Source: an uncultured Gammaproteobacteria bacterium
GTDB taxonomy: Bacteria > Patescibacteriota > Microgenomatia > JALYQM01
Length of the DNA: 64,000 nucleotides
Direction of reading: 5' to 3'
Assembly: GCA_964535655.1 (NCBI GenBank)
Contig: CAZHTP010000001.1
Coordinates: forward strand, 98,573 to 162,572
This document shows positions 1 through 8,771 of the stretch, piece after piece. Both the position numbers and the translations under genes were made by a program. The notes under the pieces were generated by a model, which did no database searches, had not been told where the DNA came from, and worked only from the letters and a program-made list of their open reading frames with translations. Position 1 is the first letter of the stretch. Every line of letters begins with the position of its first letter.

Positions 1-2
1 TT

Positions 3-1970
3 AATCTTGATGGGACTCCTGTTACCAATCTTCCCGTTACTCTTCAGGGAGTAGTGGGGTTTCAGCGCGAGCTTAGCGCTCCATTAACGCAATACGTAAA
101 CGGTAAGGTCTATGTATTTGATCGTTGGTCTGATGGTGGGATTGCGAAACATTTTATTACCATGAAGCAGAACGCAACTTCGTACACTGCGTATTATAAA
201 GAAATACCTCCATTTAAGGGTGAGTATTTTAATAATATGAACTTAAGTGGTACTCCAGCTAAAACACAAAATGATCCGATAATTAATTTTGATTGGCAAG
301 GCAATGCTCCTTTGAGTGGGGTTAATGCAGATAGGTTCTCCGTTCGTTGGACGCGAACACAGTACTTCCCGGAAGGTAAGTATACTTTTACTACGACGAC
401 TGATGATGGGGTTAGGTTGTTTATTGATGATAAGCCAGTGATTGATGCTTGGGTGGACATGGGTGCAACGGATATTTCAGGAAAGATTGATTTAACAGCA
501 GGCAATCATTTGGTACGAATGGAATACTACGATAATTTACTTGCAGCTGTTGCCAGGCTAAATTGGACATTTGAGCCGACCGGAATTCAGCCGACTCCAA
601 CGCCTACTGCCTCACCAACTCCAAGTGTTGCTCCATCCCCTTCTGGATCACCATCAGATAGTGGGTTTAGCGCGGCATATTATAACCTGCCTGGAACAGG
701 CGCTTCGCCTGTTTTACCAACTGGAACGCCTAACCTTACTCGACAAGATGCGACAGTCGACTTCAACTGGGGGTATGGGGCGCCGAGTGCTGCAATAAAT
801 GCAGATCACTTTGGTGTGAGATGGACAAAGACACAGACTTTTGCTGGGGGTAATTATATATTTAATACTGTTTCTGATGATGGCGTGCGGCTTTATATTG
901 ATAATCAGCTGGTTATTGACCAGTGGAATGATCATAGTGAAACAAAACATACGGCACAAAAAACATTAACAGCAGGCAGCCACGACATTAACGTTGAATT
1001 TTATGACAATACTGAGGATGCTATTATTTTGATGTGGTGGGATCCAATTAATCAGCCAACACCAACGGGGACTGTTGCGCCATCTCCAACAGTTGCACCA
1101 ACTGCGTCACCAACTCCTGTAGCTGGATACACCGGTGAATATTGGAGTGTTCTAGGAACAGGAAGTAAACCAGTAATTCCAAGCCGCACAGCCGATTTTA
1201 CGCGAAGTGATGCTAATGTTAACTTTGACTTTGGGCAAGGTGGTCCAGGGGGTACCATTCCAGTTGATCACTTTATTGCTCGGTGGACAAAGGTTGATAC
1301 ATTTAGTGCTGGGACATATAGATTTACAACTGACTCTGATGATGGAATACGGTTGTATCTTGATAACACATTGATTCTTGATCAATGGAATGATCATGCA
1401 ACCACTACATATACTGCAGATGTTGTTTTAAATGCGGGTACGCATACGATTCGTTATGAATATTATGAAAACACCGGTGCTGCAGTTGCTAAATTAGGGT
1501 GGACTGTAATTAACGGGACTCCGGCACCAACTGCTTCGCCAATACCAACTATTTCACCGACCCCTACACCTCCGGTGGGAGGATATACCGGTCAATACTG
1601 GAATACTATTGGTACCGGACGCTCGCCACAATTCCCAACCGGAACGCCAGCGCTAACACGCAATGATGAAGTGATCAATTTTGATTTTGGATCCGGCTCG
1701 CCTGATGCGACCATTGATAACGAGCATTTTGTGGTACGATGGACGCGTAAAGAAACATTTACTGGTGGGACATATAGATTTACTACTGAGAGTGATGATG
1801 GGGTACGGGTTTATGTGGACGGGCAAATGATAATTGATGATTGGGTAGACCATGCTGTAAAAACTAATACTGTCGACAAGGCAATTACTGTCGGTGATCA
1901 TGACATAAAAGTGGAGTATTATGAAGACGGTGGTGGCGCAATCGCTAAGTTTAACTGGCTAAAACTGTAA
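3..1970 (+). CDS. Surface/adhesin-like protein with four tandem PA14 domains joined by Pro/Thr/Ser linkers. The 5' end is truncated by the window edge, since the frame is open from nt 3.
   Basis: Four repeats of the PA14-type motif pattern (FS/FGVRWT..Y.F.T.SDDGVRL..D...ID.W.......G...L.AG.H.....Y.E..G.A...L.W) are separated by PTPTPT/SPSP linkers. There is no stop codon upstream of the first annotated Met at nt 54. Confidence 0.75.
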   Translation, partial: NLDGTPVTNLPVTLQGVVGFQRELSAPLTQYVNGKVYVFDRWSDGGIAKHFITMKQNATSYTAYYKEIPPFKGEYFNNMNLSGTPAKTQNDPIINFDWQGNAPLSGVNADRFSVRWTRTQYFPEGKYTFTTTTDDGVRLFIDDKPVIDAWVDMGATDISGKIDLTAGNHLVRMEYYDNLLAAVARLNWTFEPTGIQPTPTPTASPTPSVAPSPSGSPSDSGFSAAYYNLPGTGASPVLPTGTPNLTRQDATVDFNWGYGAPSAAINADHFGVRWTKTQTFAGGNYIFNTVSDDGVRLYIDNQLVIDQWNDHSETKHTAQKTLTAGSHDINVEFYDNTEDAIILMWWDPINQPTPTGTVAPSPTVAPTASPTPVAGYTGEYWSVLGTGSKPVIPSRTADFTRSDANVNFDFGQGGPGGTIPVDHFIARWTKVDTFSAGTYRFTTDSDDGIRLYLDNTLILDQWNDHATTTYTADVVLNAGTHTIRYEYYENTGAAVAKLGWTVINGTPAPTASPIPTISPTPTPPVGGYTGQYWNTIGTGRSPQFPTGTPALTRNDEVINFDFGSGSPDATIDNEHFVVRWTRKETFTGGTYRFTTESDDGVRVYVDGQMIIDDWVDHAVKTNTVDKAITVGDHDIKVEYYEDGGGAIAKFNWLKL

Positions 1971-1997
1971 CATACCATTCAGGGCTTATTTATTGGC

Positions 1998-2026
1998 TTG
2001 ACACGACCTAACCAGTATATTATCTT
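1998..2026 (+). promoter_or_regulatory. Putative sigma70-type promoter (TTGACA-N17-TATCTT) upstream of the histidine kinase gene.
   Basis: TTGACA lies at 1998-2003, followed by 17 nt and then TATCTT. The -10 hexamer is weak. Confidence 0.3.
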
Positions 2027-2059
2027 ATATATTGTATTATTGCTATAAGGTAATGTGGT

Positions 2060-3232
2060 ATGGATTATGTTACGCGTGAGCATTGGAATAGGATTTTTGC
2101 ACTTACTTCGGAAGCTATAATTTTTATAAATGATTCTGGGATAATTGAACTCATGAACCCGGCAGCTGAGAAGCTGACCGGATTCTCTGTGCAAGAAGCA
2201 CTTGGCAAATCAGTTCAAGAGGTGTTTGTTGTTGACGGACAAGCGGATTTACTTACTCATCCGGCACTTGGTGCGGCATCATACCGTGACGAACAAACAG
2301 AGCCTGAATATATTGAAGTTCTCCTTACTCGCCAGGATGGAGATTCAATTTGGGTGAGCTGTTCTTTTACGCGTATTGCAGCCGAAGAAGGAGGCGATAA
2401 GCTAGTAATTTTTGCTCGAAATATTAACGAAGCTAAAAAAGCCGAGCAGATGCGATCTGACTTTATTTCAATTGCTTCACATGAACTGCGGACTCCTCTT
2501 ACGGTTGTTGCGGGATATTTATCACTGCTTATTGCCGGTAAGGTGGGTAAATTGCAAGAGCAGCAAAGTAATTTTATTAAGCAGATTTATGATGATACAC
2601 AAAGTCTTTCGAGTTTAGTTGAAGATTTACTTGATGTATCACGATTGGATAGCGGGAAGTTTCGCTTACATAAAAGTGCCATGTCCCTATACGATATCTG
2701 CAAGAAAACTATTGATAGTTTGACGGATAAGGCGATAGAAAGAAATATTGGTATTGTGTATACTGCAGATAAGGTCATTCCGCCTTTTCATGGAGACAAG
2801 GCCAAAGTAAGACAAGTATTGACTAATGTTATTGATAATGCTATCAAATATACCAATCCAGGTGGAAAGATTCGGGTCGGATTGAAAGTTAGTGAGACTC
2901 AGTTTATTGTAACAGTTAGCGATAATGGCTATGGTATTGAAAAGAAAGATTTGCCACATATTTTTGAACGGTTTTATCGCAGTGAAAATAAGCTTTTGGA
3001 CCGTGTAACCGGTGCAGGACTTGGGCTTTATATAAGTAAAACGATTATAGAAATGCACGAAGGTAGTATACGTGTTGATAGTACCTTTGAAAAAGGTACG
3101 ACGTTTACGATATCATTACCGCGTGACTTAGCTTTTGAGCGGGGACAGACGATTCAACCTGTAGAGAAAGCACCAAACGCGTTTCAACAGTTTTTGGCTA
3201 ACTTTTTACACGGTAAACGTCGAAAGGAATAA
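2060..3232 (+). CDS. Cytoplasmic PAS-domain sensor histidine kinase with HisKA and HATPase_c domains.
   Basis: The N-terminal PAS-like region has no TM segment. It carries an H-box (SHELRTPLT), an N-box (DNAIKYT), and G1/G2 boxes (DNGYGI, GAGLGL). Confidence 0.85.
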   Translation: MDYVTREHWNRIFALTSEAIIFINDSGIIELMNPAAEKLTGFSVQEALGKSVQEVFVVDGQADLLTHPALGAASYRDEQTEPEYIEVLLTRQDGDSIWVSCSFTRIAAEEGGDKLVIFARNINEAKKAEQMRSDFISIASHELRTPLTVVAGYLSLLIAGKVGKLQEQQSNFIKQIYDDTQSLSSLVEDLLDVSRLDSGKFRLHKSAMSLYDICKKTIDSLTDKAIERNIGIVYTADKVIPPFHGDKAKVRQVLTNVIDNAIKYTNPGGKIRVGLKVSETQFIVTVSDNGYGIEKKDLPHIFERFYRSENKLLDRVTGAGLGLYISKTIIEMHEGSIRVDSTFEKGTTFTISLPRDLAFERGQTIQPVEKAPNAFQQFLANFLHGKRRKE

Positions 3233-3236
3233 TCTT

Positions 3237-3629
3237 ATGAGCGATGACAAAGTACGAGTATTACTGGTAGAAGATGACCCCCGCGTTAGACAGCTCTATG
3301 AGCTGGTGTTAACGATGGAAGAATATGAGGTTATTTGTGCGGTAAATGGAGAAGAAGGCTTACAGAAAGCTGAAGAGGATTCTCCAGATTTAATTTTCCT
3401 CGATTTGCGCATTCCTAAAATTAGTGGTTTGGATTTATTGCAGATGCTTCGGAATAATACCAAGACTGCGGACATTCCTGTCGTTATTCTTTCTAACTAC
3501 GACGATGAAGCAACAATTTCTAAGGGGTTAGAATTGGGTGCTAAAGAATATATTATAAAGTCACGCATTACACCAAAAGATCTTCCAACTAAAGTTGAAG
3601 AGTATGCTCCTGAACATAAAACAAAGTAA
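3237..3629 (+). CDS. Single-domain response regulator (CheY-like receiver, no output domain).
   Basis: VLLVEDD...DLIFLDLRIP...K with the conserved Asp pocket, 130 aa. It starts 5 nt after the kinase stop, suggesting an operon. Confidence 0.85.
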   Translation: MSDDKVRVLLVEDDPRVRQLYELVLTMEEYEVICAVNGEEGLQKAEEDSPDLIFLDLRIPKISGLDLLQMLRNNTKTADIPVVILSNYDDEATISKGLELGAKEYIIKSRITPKDLPTKVEEYAPEHKTK

Positions 3630-3698
3630 TTTGGGATTTTTGTGAAGAACATAGAGAGCAATTTTTAATTTCATTTTTTTTATTTTAGGCCAAGGCAA

Positions 3699-3742
3699 GG
3701 ACGAAGCGTACGCTTCGGCTCGTGCATGCGCACGCTTCGTCC
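3699..3742. terminator. GC-rich 11-bp-stem hairpin (GGACGAAGCGT...ACGCTTCGTCC) between convergent genes. It is a putative terminator without a classical U-tract.
   Basis: A perfect inverted repeat lies at 3699-3709 / 3732-3742, with an internal 14-bp palindrome GAAGCGTACGCTTC. A T-run lies on the + side upstream. Confidence 0.4.
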
Positions 3743-3771
3743 TGTTAGACGCGGGTGGGAATGATTAGTTC

Positions 3772-4704
3772 CTAGTCGCGCGGGTCGGAGTGATTGGAAC
3801 TATCATCTGTGCCTGGGCCAAGCTTGGTTTCGGCCTGATACGAAACGCTGATCGTGGGTGCGACCGAAAGCTGCGTTCCGTCATCTGCATAGAGTGTTGC
3901 CTCCATGACAATAGTGCGAGTTGCACTGTCGTCAGGCAAACCACTAACCTCATTGACTGGCATTCCTGGCCACTGCCAGTAAATGTTGAACCCAGTCGAT
4001 CCGGCTTGTATATTGAATGTGGTAGGCCCCTGGATAACCCGGCCGTTTTCTGTTACCTGCCAAGTAACGTATCCGGTGCCAGTGCTTAAACTGACGGTTC
4101 CTGGGGTGGATTGGGTCTCGACGCCGGTCGCGCTGGTGAGATAGCTGAAATAGCCTACGTTGTAGGTAAACGATCCCGAAGGTGCTGGTGGGATGACATT
4201 GGTTGTGGTAGGCGCAGGTGTAGCTGCGGATGCGGGGGCGCTATACTGCGTTCCGTTGGTCACCCAACCGCTACTGGTATGAAACCAGTTTGGTTGGATA
4301 CCACCGTTGGTCGCCTCGCAGTTCAGCTCAGTCGATGCGGCGAAACAGCGTCGGTCGTCGACAGAGTAGGCGCCCTCACCAATGGTGCCTCCGGTTGCGT
4401 CTCCGCCCGGACCGTAAAATGTTGCGGCGGATTGATTGCATGCAACATAAAAGGTCGCAAAGTCAGAGCTATTGCCAGTGAACGAGGGGCAAGTCGCGGT
4501 GGGCTCGGCCTTGGGGGCGGCGGTTGCCACAGGCACGGCTGGTGGTGCGTAGGTGGGCACGGGTCCTTTCGGGCCTGCGTCCTCTGGATCGGCCGGTTTT
4601 GCCCAGGTGGTAGAAACGAACGCGAACACAATCGCGATCGCGAGTAAAAGTGTGATCCGTTTCAAGGTAAGTCTCCTTATTCTTACAACGCGAATGCGTT
4701 GCAT
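3772..4704 (-). CDS. Secreted hypothetical protein encoded by a GC-rich, compositionally foreign gene. It has a signal peptide, a Pro/Ala-rich linker and two Cys-containing Thr/Gly/Ser-rich domains.
   Basis: The N-terminus MQRIRVVRIRRLTLKRITLLLAIAIVFAFVSTTWA|KPADP looks like a signal peptide. An alternative TTG start with an AAGGAG RBS lies at 4665. GC content is visibly higher than in flanking genes. Many overlapping antisense ORFs here are GC artefacts. Confidence 0.6.
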   Translation of the reverse strand: MQRIRVVRIRRLTLKRITLLLAIAIVFAFVSTTWAKPADPEDAGPKGPVPTYAPPAVPVATAAPKAEPTATCPSFTGNSSDFATFYVACNQSAATFYGPGGDATGGTIGEGAYSVDDRRCFAASTELNCEATNGGIQPNWFHTSSGWVTNGTQYSAPASAATPAPTTTNVIPPAPSGSFTYNVGYFSYLTSATGVETQSTPGTVSLSTGTGYVTWQVTENGRVIQGPTTFNIQAGSTGFNIYWQWPGMPVNEVSGLPDDSATRTIVMEATLYADDGTQLSVAPTISVSYQAETKLGPGTDDSSNHSDPRD

Positions 4705-5020
4705 TTTGATTAGTCCGACGCGTACGGCAGTTCCCTTGCGCTTGGCTATGTAGCCAATTGTTCCCCTTGGGGGGGATTGTATTCGCAAAGAAAAGTGGAG
4801 AGATGGGGCCAAAAATTAGCCTCATTTTTCCACTTTTCTTAGGAATAGCTTTACAAATGAAATTTTTATATATTGCTCTCTATGTTAAAGAACAAATTCG
4901 GCGACAAGTGTCGCTAAGTCTTATCAACCGTAAACTTCTAAAATGAAGTGAGGTCGATTTGACCGAGTTATTATACTATAGGATAGTTGTTTTTGTCAAC
5001 ACTATGGGATTTACTATTAG

Positions 5021-5323
5021 CTACGCAGGGAGTTTGAATTCCGGAAAGATTTCTTTAATCTTTGGCTCATTTTTGTCGCCAAGGCTTTCGAGTATCTCAA
5101 ATACAGTTCGTACTCCAGCTAAATTTAGCCCTTTTTTACGGGTAAGATATTGAATGAATCGCAAGCGATCAATGTCTGCTGGGCTATAGCGGCGGCGATT
5201 GGTTTTTGTGCGGTGAGGAATTACTAAATTTTCATTTTCGTATAGCATTAGTGTACGTTGATGTACACCAATAATCTCGGCGGCAATCGACAAAGTGAAT
5301 AAGGGTTTAGTATTTGTATTCAT
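5021..5323 (-). CDS. hspR: MerR-family transcriptional regulator resembling heat-shock repressor HspR.
   Basis: An HTH (LSIAAEIIGVHQRTLMLYE) is followed by RRYSPADIDRLRFIQYL..GLNLAGVRTVFEILE, which is typical of HspR proteins. The gene is divergent from the hrcA-dnaK operon. Confidence 0.65.
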   Translation of the reverse strand: MNTNTKPLFTLSIAAEIIGVHQRTLMLYENENLVIPHRTKTNRRRYSPADIDRLRFIQYLTRKKGLNLAGVRTVFEILESLGDKNEPKIKEIFPEFKLPA

Positions 5324-5435
5324 AATATTTATAATTCTTACAATATTACTAATATATATTAGTGAGAAACAAAATGTAAAGACTCACAAAATGTTATAGC
5401 ATTGTTTATTTTTAGTGTATAGTAACTTTTTTGTC

Positions 5436-5465
5436 TTGACAAGAGTTTAGCAGTCGATTTATACT
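5436..5465 (+). promoter_or_regulatory. Putative promoter of the hrcA-grpE-dnaK-dnaJ operon (TTGACA-N18-TATACT).
   Basis: TTGACA lies at 5436-5441 and TATACT at 5460-5465. The -10 overlaps the CIRCE-like element. Confidence 0.45.
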
Positions 5466-5473
5466 ATTGCTAG
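5447..5473 (+). promoter_or_regulatory. CIRCE-like HrcA operator (TTAGCAGTC-N9-TATTGCTAG).
   Basis: The left arm matches the CIRCE consensus TTAGCACTC at 8/9 positions and the right arm matches GAGTGCTAA at 6/9. Spacing is exactly 9 nt, and the element lies just upstream of hrcA. Confidence 0.5.
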
Positions 5474-5512
5474 ATTTTGAGTTGTATTTTTGATTAAATA
5501 TTGGAGAAACCT

Positions 5513-6244
5513 ATGCGTGATTTGTCCCCTCGGCAGTTGAAAATCCTACAGGCCATAGTAGAAGAACATGTAGCGACTGGAACTGCAGTGGGGTCGGAAA
5601 CTATCGAAAAGAAATATAAGCTTGGAGTTTCACCTGCGACAGTGCGTAATGAGATGGTGAAGCTTGTTGAAATGGGGTATTTAAAACAGCCGCATACATC
5701 GGCTGGACGTGTTCCGACAACTGTTGCGCTTCGACTGTATATTCAGGAAATTATGAAGGAAAAGCAGCTATCAGTGCGCGAAGAGGTGCAAATTAAGCAA
5801 CAATTGTGGGATCAGCGGTTTGACTACGAGCGGTTAATGCGCCATGCGACCTTGGTTCTTGCTGATAGTACTCGGCTTTTAGGGATTGCGATTACTGGTG
5901 ACGACGATATTTTTTATGCTGGTGCTGCCAATATTTTGGATATTCCGGAGTTTTTTGATATTGATGTAACTAAAACAGTACTGTCATTACTTGACCGGCA
6001 TGAATCTTTATTGGAGCTTATTAAAACACGAGTGACCGATGACCCCGTTAAGGTGCTTTTGGGGGAGGAGCTGGATATGCACTACCTTGAGCCGTGTGGA
6101 TTTGTGTTTACTGGATTTCGGGCGGGAAAATATGGTAGTGGGATGGTTGGTATTATTGGCCCTTCGCGGTTAAATTACCCTCATGTCGTACCAACGGTGC
6201 GATATTTTGGGAACTTGATTAGTGAAGTAGGACGGAACTGGTAA
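5513..6244 (+). CDS. hrcA: Heat-inducible transcription repressor HrcA.
   Basis: MRDLSPRQLKILQAIVEEHVATGTAVGSETI matches the HrcA N-terminal winged helix. The ATG at 5513 is preceded by GGAG. The ORF-track start at 5501 is a TTG lying within that RBS. Confidence 0.85.
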   Translation: MRDLSPRQLKILQAIVEEHVATGTAVGSETIEKKYKLGVSPATVRNEMVKLVEMGYLKQPHTSAGRVPTTVALRLYIQEIMKEKQLSVREEVQIKQQLWDQRFDYERLMRHATLVLADSTRLLGIAITGDDDIFYAGAANILDIPEFFDIDVTKTVLSLLDRHESLLELIKTRVTDDPVKVLLGEELDMHYLEPCGFVFTGFRAGKYGSGMVGIIGPSRLNYPHVVPTVRYFGNLISEVGRNW

Positions 6245-6293
6245 TTCATTTTATATTGATTATTTATTACATACTATTTAGTTAGGGGGAATT

Positions 6294-6824
6294 ATGGACG
6301 ACACACAGAATAAAAATGATGCTGTCCAAGATGATGTTATTGATACCGATGAAGGTACTACAGATTCTGGTGATGATGTGGTGCAAAAGCTCATGGCACA
6401 GAACGAAGATTTGACTAATAAATGGAAGCGAGCAGTTGCTGACTACCAAAATCTTGAGAAGCAGGTGCGTCGCGAGAAAAGCGAATTTATGCAGTTTGCG
6501 ACCATGAATGTTATTGTGCAGTTTTTGCCAATCTTGGATAATTTAGAGCAAGCATTGGGCGGAATGAAAGATGAGGAGAAAAAGAGCGGTTGGGCTGTGG
6601 GGGTGCTGATGACTGCTAAGCAGTTTAAAGATATGCTTAAAGAGGAAGGGCTAACTGAAATTAAAGCAGAAGGTGAGGAATTTGACGCTCATAAAATGGA
6701 GCCAGTAGATACAGTGGAAGGTGAGAAAAATAAAGTTATCACAGTTATTAAAAAAGGATATGAAGGGTTTGGAAAAGTGGTAAGACCAGCTCAGGTAATT
6801 ATTGGAAAAGGAATGAATAGTTAG
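6294..6824 (+). CDS. grpE: Nucleotide exchange factor GrpE.
   Basis: GrpE coiled-coil and C-terminal beta domain motifs are present (KRAVADYQNLEKQVRRE..., VIKKGYEGFGKVVRPAQVII). The RBS is GGGGGA. Confidence 0.9.
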   Translation: MDDTQNKNDAVQDDVIDTDEGTTDSGDDVVQKLMAQNEDLTNKWKRAVADYQNLEKQVRREKSEFMQFATMNVIVQFLPILDNLEQALGGMKDEEKKSGWAVGVLMTAKQFKDMLKEEGLTEIKAEGEEFDAHKMEPVDTVEGEKNKVITVIKKGYEGFGKVVRPAQVIIGKGMNS

Positions 6825-6870
6825 TCGGGGTTTATTGAAATAAAATTTTATTATTTAAAGGAGTTATTTT

Positions 6871-8769
6871 ATGTCAAGAATAATTGGTATTGACCTTGGA
6901 ACAACCAACTCCTGCGTAGCAGTGATGGAAGGTGGAAAGCCAAAGGTTATTCATAGCGCAGAAGGACGCAATGTTATTCCTTCTGTTGTTGAAGTGGTTA
7001 AACATATTGTAGGGGATGTTGCAAAACGTCAAATGATTGTTAACCCTGAAACAACAATTTTTTCAGTTAAGCGGTTAATGGGGCATAAGCTTCATGACGC
7101 TTCCGTTCAGAAAGATTTAAAGCAGTTACCTTATAAAGTTGTTGCTGGGCGTGATGATATGGCCGATGTAGAAGTACAAGGAAGAACCTATACTCCGCAA
7201 GAGGTTTCTGCGATGATTTTGCAAAAGATCAAGGCCGATGCGGAGGCATACCTTGGCGAAAAAGTAACTCAAGCGGTTATTACGGTTCCTGCTTATTTTG
7301 ACGACGCACAGCGCCAGGCTACTAAGCAGGCTGGAGAAATTGCAGGCTTAGAAGTAAAGCGTATTATTAACGAGCCGACGGCTGCAGCACTTGCATATGG
7401 TTTAGATAAGTCTAATGCGCATACTATTTTGGTGTATGACCTTGGTGGTGGAACGTTTGATGTTTCGGTTTTGGAATTGGGAGAAGGTGTCTATGAAGTT
7501 CGGTCAACATCAGGAGACACACATCTGGGTGGCGATGACTTTGATCAAAAAATTATTGATTGGTTGATTGCTGAATTTAAGAATGAGCAGGGCGTTGATC
7601 TTTCAAAAGACAAGCAGGCATTACAACGCTTAAAGGATGCGGCCGAAAAGGCAAAGATTGAACTGTCTTCGTCACAAGAAGCTGAGATTTCGCTGCCGTT
7701 TGTAACGGCTGATGCTTCGGGACCTAAGCATTTGCAGATGAAGCTATCTCGCGCTAAGCTTGAACAGCTTGTTGGTGATTTGGTTGATCGCACCTTTAAT
7801 GCTGTCAAAACTGCATTAAAAGATGCTGGACTTGAAACTTCTAAAATTGACGAAATAGTGTTGGTTGGTGGTATGACCCGTATGCCAGCGGTTCAGGAAG
7901 CGGTCAAGAAGTTTTTTGGAAAAGATACCCATAAAGGGATTAATCCTGATGAGGTTGTGGCGATTGGTGCGGCTATCCAAGGGGGAGTATTAGGTGGAGA
8001 AGTTAAAGATGTATTGTTACTTGATGTTACTCCGCTTTCACTTGGTATTGAAACTTTGGGTGGCGTTTCAACTAAATTAATAGAAAAGAACACGACTATT
8101 CCAACTTCTAAGTCGCAGGTGTTTTCAACCGCTGCTGATAACCAAACATCGGTTGAAGTGCATGTGCTGCAAGGTGAGCGCGAATTTGCTGCCGATAATA
8201 AGTCGCTGGGTCGCTTTATTCTTGATGGTATTCCACCCGCACCACGCGGCGTTCCTCAGGTTGAAGTTACGTTTGATATCGACGCAAACGGTATCTTAAA
8301 TGTTTCAGCCAAAGAGAAGCAGAGTGGCAAGGAACAGAAAATTACGATTACCGGTTCAACCGGATTGTCTAAAGATGAAGTTACTCGTATGCAGCAGGAA
8401 GCCGAGCAGCATGCAGAGGAAGACAAAAAGAAGAAGGAAGAAGTAGAAACTCGTAACCATGCCGATTCACTCGTCTTTACCGCCGAGAAAGCATTGAAAG
8501 ATGCTGAAGGAAAAATCCCTGATGATGTAAAAAAAGAGGTACAAAGTAAAATTGATGAGTTAAAACCAATTGTTCATACGGGTTCTGTAGAAGAAGTGAA
8601 AATGAAAACCGAAAGCTTATCTGCCACCATTCAAAAGATTGGTTCAGCGATGTATGCTACTCCAGGCGCGGGTGCCGCACCAGGTTCTGATCCGGGAGCT
8701 TCAGCTGGAGCAAGCGATGGAGCAGGAGATGATAAGAAAGATGCACAAGAAGGTGAAGTGGTAGGGTAA
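6871..8769 (+). CDS. dnaK: Molecular chaperone DnaK (Hsp70).
   Basis: [24 protein letters not shown] and [10 protein letters not shown] are Hsp70 signatures. The RBS is AAAGGAG. Confidence 0.97.
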   Translation: MSRIIGIDLGTTNSCVAVMEGGKPKVIHSAEGRNVIPSVVEVVKHIVGDVAKRQMIVNPETTIFSVKRLMGHKLHDASVQKDLKQLPYKVVAGRDDMADVEVQGRTYTPQEVSAMILQKIKADAEAYLGEKVTQAVITVPAYFDDAQRQATKQAGEIAGLEVKRIINEPTAAALAYGLDKSNAHTILVYDLGGGTFDVSVLELGEGVYEVRSTSGDTHLGGDDFDQKIIDWLIAEFKNEQGVDLSKDKQALQRLKDAAEKAKIELSSSQEAEISLPFVTADASGPKHLQMKLSRAKLEQLVGDLVDRTFNAVKTALKDAGLETSKIDEIVLVGGMTRMPAVQEAVKKFFGKDTHKGINPDEVVAIGAAIQGGVLGGEVKDVLLLDVTPLSLGIETLGGVSTKLIEKNTTIPTSKSQVFSTAADNQTSVEVHVLQGEREFAADNKSLGRFILDGIPPAPRGVPQVEVTFDIDANGILNVSAKEKQSGKEQKITITGSTGLSKDEVTRMQQEAEQHAEEDKKKKEEVETRNHADSLVFTAEKALKDAEGKIPDDVKKEVQSKIDELKPIVHTGSVEEVKMKTESLSATIQKIGSAMYATPGAGAAPGSDPGASAGASDGAGDDKKDAQEGEVVG

Positions 8770-8771
8770 AT

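Noticed and set aside
580-1570. Repetitive Pro-Thr-Pro-Ser-encoding stretches between PA14 domains, considered as possible nucleotide tandem repeats or a CRISPR-like array.
   Set aside because: The repeats are short, irregular and in-frame coding linkers. No fixed-length direct repeats with unique spacers are present. No cas genes are in the window.
3790-4825. A cluster of long overlapping ORFs on both strands (for example 4111-4647 +, 4230-4481 +, 4323-4631 -, 4469-4825 -) inside and around the GC-rich gene.
   Set aside because: High GC suppresses stop codons in all frames. The translations are Arg/Gly/Cys-rich and low-complexity with no motifs. Only the minus-strand frame with a signal peptide and domain structure is credible.
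4948-4990. TTGACC ... TATACT-like promoter-looking sequence on the + strand upstream of the HspR-like gene region.
   Set aside because: There is no + strand gene downstream for about 500 bp and the hexamer spacing is poor. It is likely a chance AT-rich match, or belongs to the minus-strand regulatory region.
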